Notes: generated by a model not told the origin, from the letters alone. DNA of 64,000 bases from Haliotis rufescens (GCF_023055435.1 NW_025963846.1:5704001-5768000); one strand, 5' to 3'. Shown: positions 1 to 21,105, counted from the first letter of the stretch. Numbers and translations are program-made.

Positions 1-159
1 CATGAACTGGTTTTATATACAGTTGATTTATATTTGCTATTCACAAACTGGTTTTATATACAGTTGATTTATATTTGCTATTCATAAAAGTGGTTATATA
101 TACAGTTGGTTTATATTTGCTATTCATTTACGTACCTGCTCCATACACGACCTTCTTGA

Positions 160-332
160 TAATTATATACGATTGCTATATCTATGATCTTCATGAGAGT
201 GTCATATACGATTGTAATATATATATATATGATCTTCATGAGATAACTATATACGATTGCTATATTTTTAATATTCTTGAGATATGTATATACATTGTTT
301 TATGTTAGATTTTCATGATATAGTTATATACA
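160..332. repeat. degenerate ~39-bp tandem repeat (TATACGATTGCTATATCTATGATCTTCATGAGA), resuming at 1485-1625
   Basis: The same unit occurs on both sides of an unrelated ~1.15 kb insert. Confidence 0.75.
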
Positions 333-1480
333 TAGAGAATACTACACTCATTCTCGTTAGATACCTTTTTTACGAAACGAGTGGACTCGTAAAAATGGTA
401 TCTAACTAGAATGAGTGTGGAATGTTATTTATTACCCACGTTAAATATATATTTAAGTGTAAATACATAACAACTTTCGTTCGTTGACAGACAAAACTGA
501 AACCGGTTGCAAAATCTTGATGTATGACCAAATATGGGCATTGTTGACATGTTTATGCATACGTATTAACAGCATGCGCCTGCAGTTGTATTTGCAAACA
601 AAACATCACCGACGCTCAAGATCCTTTTGGATGAATTTCTTCAACTTATGGTAATTCAAGCGCCATGTTGTTAGTACGTAGGACACCTATAAGAAAATCT
701 TAAAAGTCACATTAGCTGTGAATATCAGACCAACAGTCGGTCACTCGCACTGGCGGGGATCTGTCTGCGCATAAAATGGTTCGGTTTCCTTGGTCTATCA
801 GCTGAATTCATATCATGTCCGTACCGTTTTGGAAGAGGGAATCAGAGTGTTCACCAAAGACATTCATATTAACTGTACCACCCTATACTGAAGACGTGAA
901 AACAAACTCAAGTCTGCTTGCATGTCAGTGACAGCTTCGAACGAAGGGCAAGGTCACCACCGGAATAAGACAACCGTGATCTTCTCACAGCGTTTTACGC
1001 TAGAAATAGGGAATGTTATTGTTCACATTTGGGATATTTTGGGCCACATAATCAGAAGTCAGACGAATGATTTGTATCGGAAATGTTCACTTTGAGTAAT
1101 CTGGTCAACCCCCGAAACAGTGCCACAAAATACGCTTCGAAGAAGACACTGATATAGCACAACCGGATCATACCAAGTAAGTCTAGATATCTGTCCAGAT
1201 AGTTCAAACTGACTTCATTTCACCACGCTTATCATTTTACGTTAAATCAAATTGAAAGTTGCGAAAGTGGTCGGGTGTGTCACGCTCATGGGGACCGTCG
1301 ATCTATATGATCGGTAGTCGTACATTGTAAATGGATATATACATTGTAGCGCGATATTTTATGAATGAAAAAAGTAGTCCCGGTGTGACAGAGATCACGG
1401 TTATCCAATCAAAACAAATAAAACGAGGTCAACCTTGTACGGCACATGTGTGTCGTACGGATTTAGTATCTTCCCACCTT
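333..1480. mobile_element. probable non-autonomous DNA element with a subterminal hairpin, inserted in the tandem repeat
   Basis: Interrupts the minisatellite; ~32-bp inverted repeat at 344-375/388-418; no intact ORF; family not assignable. Confidence 0.4.
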
Positions 1481-1686
1481 TATCTTATGATCTTCATGAA
1501 ATAGGTATGTATGATTGCTATATCTATGATCTTCATGAGATAGTGATATACAATTGCTATATCTATTATCTTCATGAGATGGCTGTATTCGATTGGAATA
1601 TCTATGATCTTCATGAGAAAGTTATCTTCACAGACGCTTTACTATACAGTTGGTACATATTTGCCTTCCACAAAATCGTCGGGTAA

Positions 1687-1940
1687 CGGGTGGCCCAGAC
1701 GTCTAAGGCACCGCAATTAGCGTCCCTTATGCACGCCAGTATGATCGTGGGTTCGAACCAGGTTTGCCCTGATTATGCGTCTTGGTTTGTCAGCACCATA
1801 CCCATGCTCGCGGGTTCCACCGAACTGGTAAACGTCTGAGACCTGCATCACTTCGGGCTTTCCTCAATGTGAAGCTGACTCGCCGTGATATAACTGGAAT
1901 ACTGATCAAGACGTTAAGCTCAACTCATTCGCTCATTAAC
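1687..1940 (+). mobile_element. SINE family D (tRNA-headed), diverged
   Basis: GGTGGCCCAGACGTCTAAGGC (A box)...GGGTTCGAACC (B box)...tail CGCCGTGATATAACTGGAATACTG; homologous to 54026-54275. Confidence 0.65.
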
Positions 1941-2240
1941 TCCACAAGATCGTTTACACTTACTGGTTTTATATTGTTTTTAAATAACAGTCTCCAACTG
2001 TTTATACACGATGTTCATAATACAACGAGGTTACATTCACATACTGATATTATTTATACAAAGAAATGTCTACATATGGCAAGTCATAGACCATCTAGAC
2101 ATTGGTGTGGGGATCAGGTAACTATGGATATAACATTTAAAAATAGGAATGATAGCAGCTAAAATCACCTCTCCGAAAAGAAGGACATATTCTCAGCCTT
2201 TACTCATCGTAATCCATGTCTCGAGTTGCAGCCGTGCCAG

Positions 2241-2365
2241 GCAGATGGGTAGCCTAGTGGTTAATGCTTTCACTCGTCACATCGGAGATACGGGTTCGAT
2301 TTCAACAAGGGTACAATGTATGAAGACCATTCGTGGTGTCCCCTGATGTAATTGCTCTTGAGATT
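2241..2365 (+). mobile_element. SINE family A, diverged/partial
   Basis: GGGTAGCCTAGTGGTTAA...GGGTTCGATT...GGTACAATG matches family A. Confidence 0.7.
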
Positions 2366-2870
2366 TTGGAAAGGAAATACTGTACTTTCTCCTGCTGTAA
2401 TGACATCTAATAACTTACATGGCGTCACCTTGACAATGTCATAAACTGTAAGATCAAAAGCAAGGCATGCAAATTTTGCAATTTCCATACTTCCAAACAA
2501 TGACAATGGTACTCATTAACCAAATAGATTTTGTTGGTTTGATTTAGTATGTGCAATAACCTAAACCAAAACATGAATATATTTTTCAAAGAGTTTACTC
2601 AATCAGTCCATTAATGACATTGCTGAACAGCAAAGCCAGAAAATAATCAGTCTCGATTATCTGCTGAAACAGATTCATTGGGGCGTGAAAGGCAAAATTA
2701 GTTATGGAAATTATGTGAACAATGCCATAAAAATCTGCAGCTGGGCTATGTCCCATAACAGAACGGCTAACATTTGTTAAACCATTTGAAAAAGAAAAGA
2801 AATATCATTTTTCCATTTTTTATTCGGTCGTTCCACCAAGGAAACATTTGAGTGTCAGTTTGGGGTAGCA

Positions 2871-5194
<2,324 letters not shown>

Positions 5195-5280
5195 GATTGT
5201 TGTAGGTAGATGTGGACCTCACGTGGACTGCAAGTTATCTGGAGTGAGAAAGTCTGATGAGGAGAGCAGGTACCCAGACA

Positions 5281-5343
5281 CTTATATACACGTGGTGGTC
5301 AGCCGGGTGTCAAGGACGCTGATCCCTAGTAACCGTTGCTAAG
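5281..5343 (-). promoter_or_regulatory. core promoter of tubulin copy 1 (TATA, E-box, X-box-like motifs)
   Basis: TATATAAG at 5281-5288, ~87 nt upstream of the ATG; CACGTG at 5289-5294; GGTGTCAAGGACGC, CCTAGTAAC and GTTGCTAAG follow. The block is conserved across the five copies. Confidence 0.75.
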
Positions 5344-6294
5344 CTCATTACTAAGTCGTCGCAAGAACCTTCTCAAAGTGATTTGCTAAAGCCGGGAATT
5401 TAATCGTGTTCTAAATCACTAATTCCCTGACAAAAGAATTTAGAAGTGTGTTACTGAAGAACGTTCACTTTGAAGTCGATTATCCAGTGCTTGTTACAGA
5501 TTTACATGGGGGCTTTAATGAACTTAATTGGATGTTTTTACCAGAAATATATTTACCCCCTTGTTACTTCATGCTCGTTTGAGACATTCTGTAGTTCTCA
5601 CAATGCAGATGTATTTAAAGTCAATTCGTTAGATAACTAGCCTGTGCGAAAATCCACGTGAAAAAAAAACCTATCACTTTTTTCTCGAATGCCCTTACTA
5701 TAATTCAATGAGAACTTTCTTGTAATACAATATTTTCTTGATCCAATAAATTCTTACTGATGATATTTCATGTTCATTGATGCATAACAAATTGATATTT
5801 AAAAGTGTGCAAAATTATATAATGTCAACAAAACGATTTGATTTACATATTTGTTGTTTACTACAATTAAACATTTGTTATTTTACCATTTGCAACCTCT
5901 ACAGATGACTGGTATACAGTATTAATCACATATTTATTTCTTTATTAATTATTGATATTACCATCTTCACTGGAGTATCAGACTTTATATGCGCCTAATG
6001 TATTTCAATGTTTAATATTTACACCATTAATCGCTGTCTGTAAATATGTTTATGGAAAGAGAGTTGTAAGTTGGACAACGTTTGATCAATCAATTTGACC
6101 TTTTAATGACAACACATTATATTTAAAACAAAACAGTTAACTGGATCTGTAGTTAATGCGAAGACTCTTTCTCTCCACAGCTCTCATTAAATAACTAAAA
6201 TGTGTTGGGCTGGTAAAAACAACATGGTATGAACAGCCTTGAAATCTTTAAAACACAGTTTCTTTTTAAGATTTGAAATCTATTACAGCAAAAG

Positions 6295-6578
6295 GCCCGT
6301 GAAGATCCTGGATAAAATAGGTCTTCAGCAACCCATGCTTGCCGTAAAAGGCGACTATGCTTGTCGTAAGAGGCGACCAACGGGATCGGGTGGTCAAGCT
6401 CGCTGACTTTGTCGATCCATGTCATCGTATTCCAATTGCGTGGATCGATGCTCATGATGCCAATCATTTGATGGTCTGGTTCAGACTCGATTATTTTAGA
6501 CCGCTGTCATATAGCGGGAATATTGCTGAACATTGCTGAATATTGTTAAACAACAAACAAACATACAAAACAAACAAG
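6295..6578 (+). mobile_element. SINE family B (non-tRNA structured head, (AAAC)n tail)
   Basis: CCCGTGAAGATCC...GTCGTAAGAGGCGAC...TATTGCTGA...(AAAC)n; several copies in the window. Confidence 0.85.
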
Positions 6579-7399
6579 TAAAAAAGTAAAGTGCACATGT
6601 ACAACACTTCGGTGTGTCTACTATTTTTTAAAAGGAAGAAAATACGCATGTTTACTTATCTATAAACTGATACAGAAACAGAGGAACCTGTCCCTTATAT
6701 ATAAAAAATGATTCACCACTCGTAGTGTTAAGGGCTGTGGGATATGGGTATGGGGTGGCCGATGGGTGTAGTCTAGTGGTAAATGTGTTCGCTCGTCACG
6801 CCGATGACGATTCTGGTTTCGATTCCTCAAATAAATACAGTTTGTCAAGACCTGGTGTCCATCGCCTTGACATGACTGGAATGCAGAGTTATGACAGGTT
6901 TCTGTGATCGTGGGTTCGAATCCCAGGTTTGCTTTGATCATGATCGTCGGTTTGTCAGCACCATGCCCGTGGCCCGTTTGTATGGGTTCCATCAAAGTGG
7001 TAAGAAATGCACCCCGTTGGACTTGCTTCCGTCCGTTTTTCTGACACGCTGTGATGTAACTTAAATATAGGCCAAAGCGGTTTAAAACATAACTCTTCTC
7101 GTTGTAGTTACTTATAAGCAGCAGAATTTCTGCACTTGTACACATCAGGCGTAATTCAAATTAACATCGTTTAAGTTTCAACAAACTACAAAATGCGCTG
7201 AAGTTTGACTGGGATCTCTGGTCCATCACTTGATTGTCTGGTTTGTTATCATGTCGCCGTCACATGGCAGGAGTACTGCTGTCGGGTGTCAGGCAGCAAA
7301 TCTTTTTTATGCAAATTGTGTGAGTGGCGGATGCGACCGGCAGGGCAGGAATTGTTTGCCCTTTTGGCGAACACCTGGTGTTATCACCGACTTTCAGTG

Positions 7400-7658
7400 T
7401 TTGTTGGTTTGTTGTTTTACGCCGCACTCAGCAATATTCCAGCTATATGACGGCGGTCTGTAAATAATCGAGTCTGGACCAGACAATCCAGTGATTTATG
7501 TCATGAGCATCGATCCACGCCATTGGGATCGATGACATGCATCAACCAAGTCAGCGAGCCTGACCACCCGATCCCGTTAGTCGCCTTTCACGACAAGCAG
7601 AGTCACCTTTTACGGCAAGCATGGGTTGCTGAAGACCTATTCTACCCCGGACCCTTCA
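7400..7658 (-). mobile_element. SINE family B
   Basis: TSD CGACTTTCAGTG at 7388-7399/7659-7670. Confidence 0.9.
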
Positions 7659-8459
7659 CGACTTTCAGTGATTCATTTATGATTTGTTCCCCGCTGTGTT
7701 GCCTTTTATGCCCAGTGTAATCCGATTCCACAGATAATCGAGATTATTCTCCGACATTGATGTTTTGTATATTGCGATAGCTACTGACGCGCAGCCTCTG
7801 TAAAAAACATACTCATGAATTCTCAAGTTTTCAAAGCGCCAGATTGTGAGAATACATATAACCTGGCAATTGATGCAAGTCGCGTTGGTGCTCATCTACT
7901 TGCAAAGTGCGGATGGAATATGCCAACTGCTAACTCTTCTGGCATCAAGAATGGGGCACTTGCCCCTTCCAAGACATTGGACAGTGACTTAAATCTTTAA
8001 CATATTATTGGGTTTGATATCTTTGACTGCCGGCACTTATTTCACCAAGTGTTTTGCCTTTTGTGAGTGTAAACACAATTCGGTCACTGAGACCTTATGG
8101 ACAAAAACTAAACATTTGGGGTCATACTTTGGAAGAATTAGAAATTATTACTTGGAATATGTAATACATTATATTTTTTATACTTGGTAAATTGGACAAT
8201 CCTGAAATGTGCGATCGTATTTGAATGATTTTATAAAATGAGTTATTGTCTTTTAATTGATGAAAGACGCTCGTTGTGGTCATGGGAAATACGTGTTGGA
8301 CGTGCGAAATTGACTGAACGCAGGTCAAGTCCACTTCTGTGGTTTATTTTGACAAGTATCAGCACACACAGCTATCTTCGTTATTTTTTTCATCGCAATA
8401 TTTCGAAATTGCATTTCAAGTGACAAGGACTAAAATGTGAGGGATAGTTTCTGAATGAT

Positions 8460-9362
8460 CACCAAAGAATAATCAAGGAACCAACATGGAATCGTCAAGG
8501 CAATATCAAGGAATCATCAAAGAATCCCCAAGGAATCACCAATGGAGTATCAACGAATCGTCAAGGAATCACCAATGGAGTATCAACGAATCACCAAGGA
8601 ATCACCAATGGAGTATCAGCGAATCATCAAGGAATCACTAAAGGACTATCGATAAATCATCAAGGAGTCATCGCGGGATATAAAGGAAGCATCAAGGAAT
8701 TATTAAGGAATCACCAAGGTATCATCAAGGGACTCTCAAGGAATCATTGAGGAATTATCAAGGGACTCTCAAGGAATCATCAAGGAATTATATATGGATC
8801 GACAAGGGATATCAAGGAATCACCGTGGAATCATGAAGGGACTCTCAAGGAATCATTGAGGAATCATCAAGGGGATATGAAGGAATCATCAAGGTATATC
8901 ATCAAGGAACTATGGAGGAATTACCGGGGAATCATGAATCGTCTATCAAGAAATCATGAAGGGTCTATCAAACAATCATGAAGGGACTATCAAGGAATCA
9001 TGAAGGGACTATCAAGGAATCATGAAGGGAATCATTAAGGGACTATCAAGGATCACATCAAGGGACTCTAAAGGAATCATCGAGGTATATCACCAAGGGA
9101 CTCCCATGGAATCATTGAGGAATCATCAAGGGACGCTCAAGAAATCATTGAGGAACTATCAAGGGACTCTCAAGGAATCATCGGGAAATCATCAAGGGCT
9201 ATCAATAAATCATGAAGGGGCTATCAAGGGGCTATCAAGAAATCAATTTTAGAATCATCAAGGAACTTTCAAGGAATCATTGGGGTATCATCAAGGGACC
9301 CTCAAGGAATCACTGAAGAATACTCAAGGGGCTATCGAAGGATGTTCAATAAATAACCAAGG
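8460..9362. repeat. degenerate 11-bp minisatellite (AAGGAATCATC)n
   Basis: Unit visible throughout the interval. Confidence 0.9.
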
Positions 9363-10466
9363 GAACATTTTAGAATGTGTGTGAACTATGGAATCTCCTG
9401 TTCTAGACATTGGCGTACCCACGTAGCTTAATCGGAGTCTTGTAATACAAATGTGCTTATGGCGTTTGGAAGATCACCATGGCAACTAGAGGGTGAGAGT
9501 TAATGAACTTCACATCGCTTTCAGCAATTTTTTTGCATCATCATGGCGTGATAATGAGATAATAGTACTATTCCGATTACCAAAGATTCACATTATTAAT
9601 CCAGGTTCAGAATTTTATACCAATGATATACGAGTTAAAACAGTGTATGTGCGTATATTCCAATTTAAATACCATTTTGAAGAATAATTTACTACCGACA
9701 ATAAGTATGGAGACTGATGAAATGACAGTGAGGATGTAAAGAAGATAAATGTCTGTACAATTAATTTCGGGCGTGTAGATCAGTATCTGGTGTGTCATCC
9801 ATGTTGCGAGACACCTTGATGGCACACTAATGATAAACTGGTGCATGGTTGCATTTGGTATTGCCCGCAATTCCCCCCTTAAGGGCTGCCAACAGATGCT
9901 CTATTGGGGACATGTCAAGGGACTGAGCGGGCCGGCCCAATGTACGTATCCTTTCTCGTCGGAGATAATCGGTGACTATCTGGGCACGATGTTATCTGGC
10001 ATTGTCCTCTTGCAGTTCAATTTGTTAACCTATAAATCTTCCCCTATAAATTTACCTATAAATTCGTCACCATATCGCTGGCCAGTCAAATGTGCATTCA
10101 CAATGACTTAATCAGTTCGACTGCCATGTGTAATAGTATGTTTCGAGATGTATCACGATTATCTGGGATTGGTACTATGTTCATGTAGTGTCATTTTTAC
10201 TTGTATCAGTAATGATAAGCTTATTCTGTTCGTCTAAAAACAAAGGACAACCTCAGAAATCAAAGCTTTGCGTCATTCCGCAAGTATTAACAATATTTCA
10301 TCTTCATCTTCCATAAACAAACTGAACAGAACGTGTCAATAAATATATGTCATATTAAGGTGGCTATCAGACAACAATGCTCGAAAGTCAAACAGACAAT
10401 TATTGTATTCAATATTTTATTCGGTCGTTCCACCAAGGGAACATTTGAGTGTCAACTGGGGTAGCA

Positions 10467-13498
<3,032 letters not shown>

Positions 13499-13584
13499 GA
13501 TTGTTGTATGTAGGTGGAGATCTCACGCGGACTGCAAGTTGTCTGGAGTGAGGAAGTCTGATGTCGAGAGCAGACTCCCGGACA

Positions 13585-13650
13585 CTTATATACACGTGGT
13601 GGTCAGCCGGTTGCCAGGGACGCTAATCCGTAATGGCGGTTGATAAGCTC
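13585..13650 (-). promoter_or_regulatory. core promoter of tubulin copy 2
   Basis: TATATAAG at 13585-13592, CACGTG at 13593-13598, GTTGCCAGGGACGC at 13610-13623. Confidence 0.75.
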
Positions 13651-14934
13651 ATTACAAAGCAGTAGCAAAAACTCGCCTAAAGGGATTTATTTAATCAATG
13701 TAATCCTGTTCTAAATCACTAATTCCCTGACAAACAATTCTTAACCTCATATGACATACTATTGTTTTCAGCCATGCTAAATCTGTTGACGGAAAAAACT
13801 TGGGCAAGTTCAAAATCAAAGAACAATTGACCGAGTGTTCTATTAACCGCAGGTAGAACTAAGATACGTTCTATCTGAGGGAGTAAGAATGGTTCGGCGT
13901 CTTTGTTCTTTATCAAAGATAGATTCTAATGTTTGAAGTTTTTCAATTCATTGCGTTTTTCTTCTTTGTATACACCTTTAGTCTCTTTAGTGGAATATTT
14001 TTCTGTTCACATTAAAACCAACCGAATGTTCAAATCTGATAAAGCAATAGACAAAACATTTACTAACGGTTGTTGCAATTAACAGAAACTAAAATAACTG
14101 AAACACACAAAATTTACCTTCCATTCACGTACAACCTATATTGAAATGAAAACACAGTTAGTCTTCTTGATTGTGAAAACCAATGACAGTGGATGGGTTT
14201 AAAGGCGCTTATTGTCCTCAGCTTGTACAATGACAGCCGTCGGTGTCGAGTCAGTGGACGATGGATGCGACTTTTCCCCCGAAAAGAACACCAGAAAGAT
14301 TCATTTCAGAGCTTGAGCGTTTGTACATCTTGACCTAAAACATGCAGCCAATGACTAAGCACACGGATCCAAAATTGGAAATTGACCAACTTCAATGTAC
14401 AAATGCTCATCCTTTAAACAAAGACGTAGTTAGTAAATTCATATGACCACACGGTCGTTTTACGAAGCATTTATCTATAATTGTCTCAACATTTTACAAG
14501 TATAACAAGCAAGATATATACAATAGAACCAAATGGGGTATAACATCTTAAAAGCTACATGTGTACTAAACCTTGTAAAATATACTAGCGAAAAAACGTT
14601 CGGGTGTATCACTATCGTGGGAAATAATAAATAAACGCAAAGAACGATTTAATAATATTTTGAAAGTTCTTGAAACATGAAGTCATCGGACAGTGTCAAC
14701 ACATAAGTCCTCTGTAAACGTCATCTGAAGCTGACGTGGGGTCAGTTCACATGTATGACCACCATTAGCAGTGACACAAGCTTGACAACGGCTCCTCAGT
14801 TGCGAAAACCAGATGGTTAAGGAAGGGTTGTGTGGTGTCATTACACATCTGGAACAAGGCCAGTTGTAGCTGGACCAACGTCAAGGGTTGATTTAGATGT
14901 CGGTGTAAACGACGTTTCAAAATCTTAGAACATT

Positions 14935-15235
14935 CATCTAGGAATCGCCAAGGGAAAATCTAGGAATCATCAAAGAAACATGAGGTTATCACCAAGGAAC
15001 TATCAAGGAACCATCATTGCGGAATGATCACGGAATCATCAAGGCACCATCCAGGAATCATTAAGGAATCTTCGAGGAATCATCAAGGAATCGTTAAGGG
15101 AAAATCAGGAATCACCAAGGCATCATCAAGGTATCAACAATGATTATTACTGAATCATCAAAGAATCATGAAATGACGAAAGAGGAAACGTAAAGGAATC
15201 ACGAAGGGAGCATTAAGGAATTATCAAAGGACAAT
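14935..15235. repeat. degenerate 11-bp minisatellite (AAGGAATCATC)n
   Basis: Same unit as 8460-9362. Confidence 0.85.
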
Positions 15236-15239
15236 GAAC

Positions 15240-17600
15240 TGCATTAACTGGATACAATCACTGTTGGAAGTATTAGTGAGACTGGGTGTATCAAGATACA
15301 ATCACTATTGGAAGCATTAGCGTGACTATTTGTCTCAAGATACAATCACTATTGGAAGTATTAATACGACTGGGTGAATCAAAATACAATCACTTATTAG
15401 AAGTATAAGTGTGACTGGGTGTGTCAAGATACAATCACTATTGGAAGTATTAGTGTGACTAGGTGTATCAAGATGCAATCACTATTGGAAGCACTAGTGT
15501 GACTATTTTTCTCAAGATACAATCACTATTGGAAATATTAGTGTGACTTAGTGTATCAAGATACAATCACTATTGGAATCATTAATGTGACGAGATGTAT
15601 CAAGATACAATCACTATTGGAAGCACTAGTGTGACTAGGTGTATCAAGATACAATCATTATTGGAAGCACTAGTGTGACTAGGTGTATCAAGATACAATC
15701 ACTATTGGAAATATTAGTGTGACTAGGTGTATCAAGATACAACCACTATTCGAAATATGAGTTTGACTAGGTGTATCAAGATACAATCACTATTGGAAAT
15801 ATTAGTGTGACTAGGTGTATCAAGATACAATCACTAATTAGAAGTATAAGTGTGACTGGGTGTGTCAAGATACAATCACTATTGGAAGTATAAGTGTGAC
15901 TGGGTGTATCAAGATACAATCACTATTGGAAGTATTAGTGTGACTAGGTGTATCAAGATACAATCACTACTGGAATCATTAGCGTGACTAGGTGTATCAA
16001 GATACAATCACTATTCGAAATATGAGTTTGACTAGGTGTATCAAGATACAATCACTATTGGAAATATTAGTGTGACTAGGTGTATCAAGACACCATCACT
16101 ATTGGAAATATTAGAGTGACTAGATGTATCAAGATACAACCACTATTGGAAATATTAGTGTGACTAGGTGTATCAAGATACAACCACTATTCGAAATATG
16201 AGTTTGACTAGGTGTATCAAGATACAATCACTATTGGAAATATTAGTGTGACTAGGTGTATCAAGATACAATCACTAATTAGAAGTATAAGTGTGACTGG
16301 GTGTGTCAAGATACAATCACTATTGGAAGTATGGATGTGACTGGGTGTATCAAGATACAATCACTATTGGAAGTATTAGTGTGACTAGGTGTATCAAGAT
16401 ACAATCACTACTGGAATCATTAGCGTGACTAGGTGTATCAAGATACAACCACTATTCGAAATATGAGTTTGACTAGGTGTATCAAGATACAATCACTATT
16501 GGAAATATTAGTGTGACTAGGTGTATCAAGATACAACCACTATTGGAAATATTAGTGTGACTAGGTGTATCAAGACACCATCACTATTGGAAATATTAGT
16601 GTGACTAGATGTATCAAGATACAACCACTATTGGAAATATTAGTGTGACTAGGTGTATCAAGATACAACTACTATTGGAAATATGAGTTTGACTACGTGT
16701 ATCAAGATACAACCACTATTGGAAATATTAGTGTGACTAGGTGCATCAAGATACAACCACTATTGGAAATATTAGGGTGACTAGGTGTATCAAGATACAA
16801 CCACTATTGGAAATATTAGTGTGACTATGTGTATCAAGACACCATCACTATTGGAAGCACTAGTGTGACTATTTTCTCAAGATACAATCACTATTAGAAG
16901 TATTAGTGTGACTTGGTGCGGGAAGATATAATCACTACTAGAAGTATAAGCGTGACTAGGTGTATCAAGATACAATCACTATTGGAAGTATTAGTGTGAC
17001 TAGATGTCTCAAGTTACATTCACTGCGGACAGTATTAGTGTGCCTGTATGTACCAAGATACAATCGCTATTGAAAGTATCTATGTGACGAGATGTATCAA
17101 GATACAATTGCTATTGGAAGCATTAGCGTGACTGTATGTCTCAAGCTACAATCACTATTGGAAGCATTATTGTGACTTGGTGTATCAAGATACAATTACT
17201 ATTGGAAGTATTAGTGTGACTAGGTGCATGAAGATTCAAGCACTATTGGAAGTATTAGTGTGACTTGGTGTACAAAATTATTGGAAGTATGGATGTGACT
17301 AAATAATTTACAATGTAATCATTATTTGAAATATATGTTTGTCCAGATGATTAAATACGAAATGACTATTTGACGTATCTATGTGATGATATGTTTCAAG
17401 ATGTAGTTACTATTTCAATTATAAATGTGACAAGATGATTAAATACGAAATGATTGTTTGAAGTATCTATGTGACTAGATGTTTCAAGATGTAGTTACTA
17501 TTTGAGAGTCCATGTTACCAGATAATTAAATACGAAATTGATATTTGAAATATGTATGCGATGATATGTCACAATGTGGAGTATCCATGTAGCTAGATAG
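15240..17600. repeat. 44-bp tandem array (CAAGATACAATCACTATTGGAAATATTAGTGTGACTAGGTGTAT), ~50 units, degenerate right edge
   Basis: Period 44, e.g. 15601 to 15645. Confidence 0.95.
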
Positions 17601-18100
17601 TTTAAGATGACTGGATGTTTCAAACTTTAGTCACTCCTGGGCGCATCTGTGGGATATTATGTTTCGATGTGTATGACGGTTATGCTGTGGTGGTAAGACA
17701 TCTATTTAGTGTCATTTTCACTTGAAGCTGTTCTGCTCCTTTTATAAAATGAATTATATTTTGACGTCTGATCAAGGCTACTATTCCATGTACGCAATTT
17801 AAATAGAAAACGGTGCAGGTGAAGGTCTGATTAAAAGAATCTATGTCATGAACACATATGGTGACTTTATATGACAAAAGGCAAAGGACTACATCAGAGA
17901 TGAGGTGGTGTTATTCTGTGAATATTTAACAATCCTTCATCTTCACCATATGCAAACTGAAAAGGACGGTTGATACATGTACGTTACATAAGTGTCACTG
18001 TTAAGGGTGTTGGACAAACGACAAACAGACAATGTTATATATTCATATTTTATTCGGTCGTTCCATCAAGGGAACATTTGAGTGTCAGTTTAGGATAGCA

Positions 18101-20374
<2,274 letters not shown>

Positions 20375-20460
20375 GATTGTTGTAGGTAGATGTGGACCTC
20401 ACGTGGACTGCAAGTTGTCTGGAGTGAGAAAGTCTGATGTAGAGAGCAGGTGCCCGGACA

Positions 20461-20523
20461 CTTATATACACGTGGTGGTCAGAAGGTTGTCAAGGACGCT
20501 GGTCCATAGCAACTGTTGCTGAG
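20461..20523 (-). promoter_or_regulatory. core promoter of tubulin copy 3
   Basis: TATATAAG at 20461-20468, CACGTG, GTTGTCAAGGACGC at 20486-20499, TGGTCCATAGCAAC at 20500-20513, then GTTGCT. Confidence 0.75.
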
Positions 20524-20929
20524 TTCATTAGAAATCTGTTGTATGGACTTTACAAGGCATTTGTTCAAGCCGTGAAATTGATTGTGCCTTCCGCCATTAA
20601 TTTAAATAGCGCACTAATTAAGAATAAGCCTATTGAAGATGTAATTAACTTCAATATCGTGAAGCATAGACCGTTTAGGTCAATTACAGATGCAGGATGA
20701 GAGTTGAATTCCCGTTAATTTCTCATGACATTTTCCTATTGTGTTTGTACTTTTCAAGACAAATGACTTGTTAATCCATAATAGACACATCAGCTAAAGA
20801 TTTCGTTGAAGTTAGGTGTCACTGAGTGTGAATAACAAGACTGTATGCCTTTGACAATGCAGTGGTGATTTCCGGCTTGTTGAGCCTTGTTAATTGAACT
20901 GTGATGACAGATTGGTCGTGTAGAGATCG

Positions 20930-21105
20930 TCTCGTCAGAGTAAAATTGTGCTGGAAGTACATACTTGAGACTGAAAAATAACTTCGAGACAACCGTAAGT
21001 TCGACAAATCGGAGGTTATATGATGATGAATAAAGAAGGAATATGCAGGGACCAAGCTTTTTCCTCGAGACAACCGTAAGTTCGCCACATCAGGGTTTGA
21101 CTGTA
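20930..21105. mobile_element. Tigger/pogo-like MITE fragment (duplicate at ~27748-27923)
   Basis: Ends in GTTTGACTG+TA (TIR CAGTCAAAC) with internal repeats TCGAGACAACCGTAAGTTCG; the other end was not found. Confidence 0.45.
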
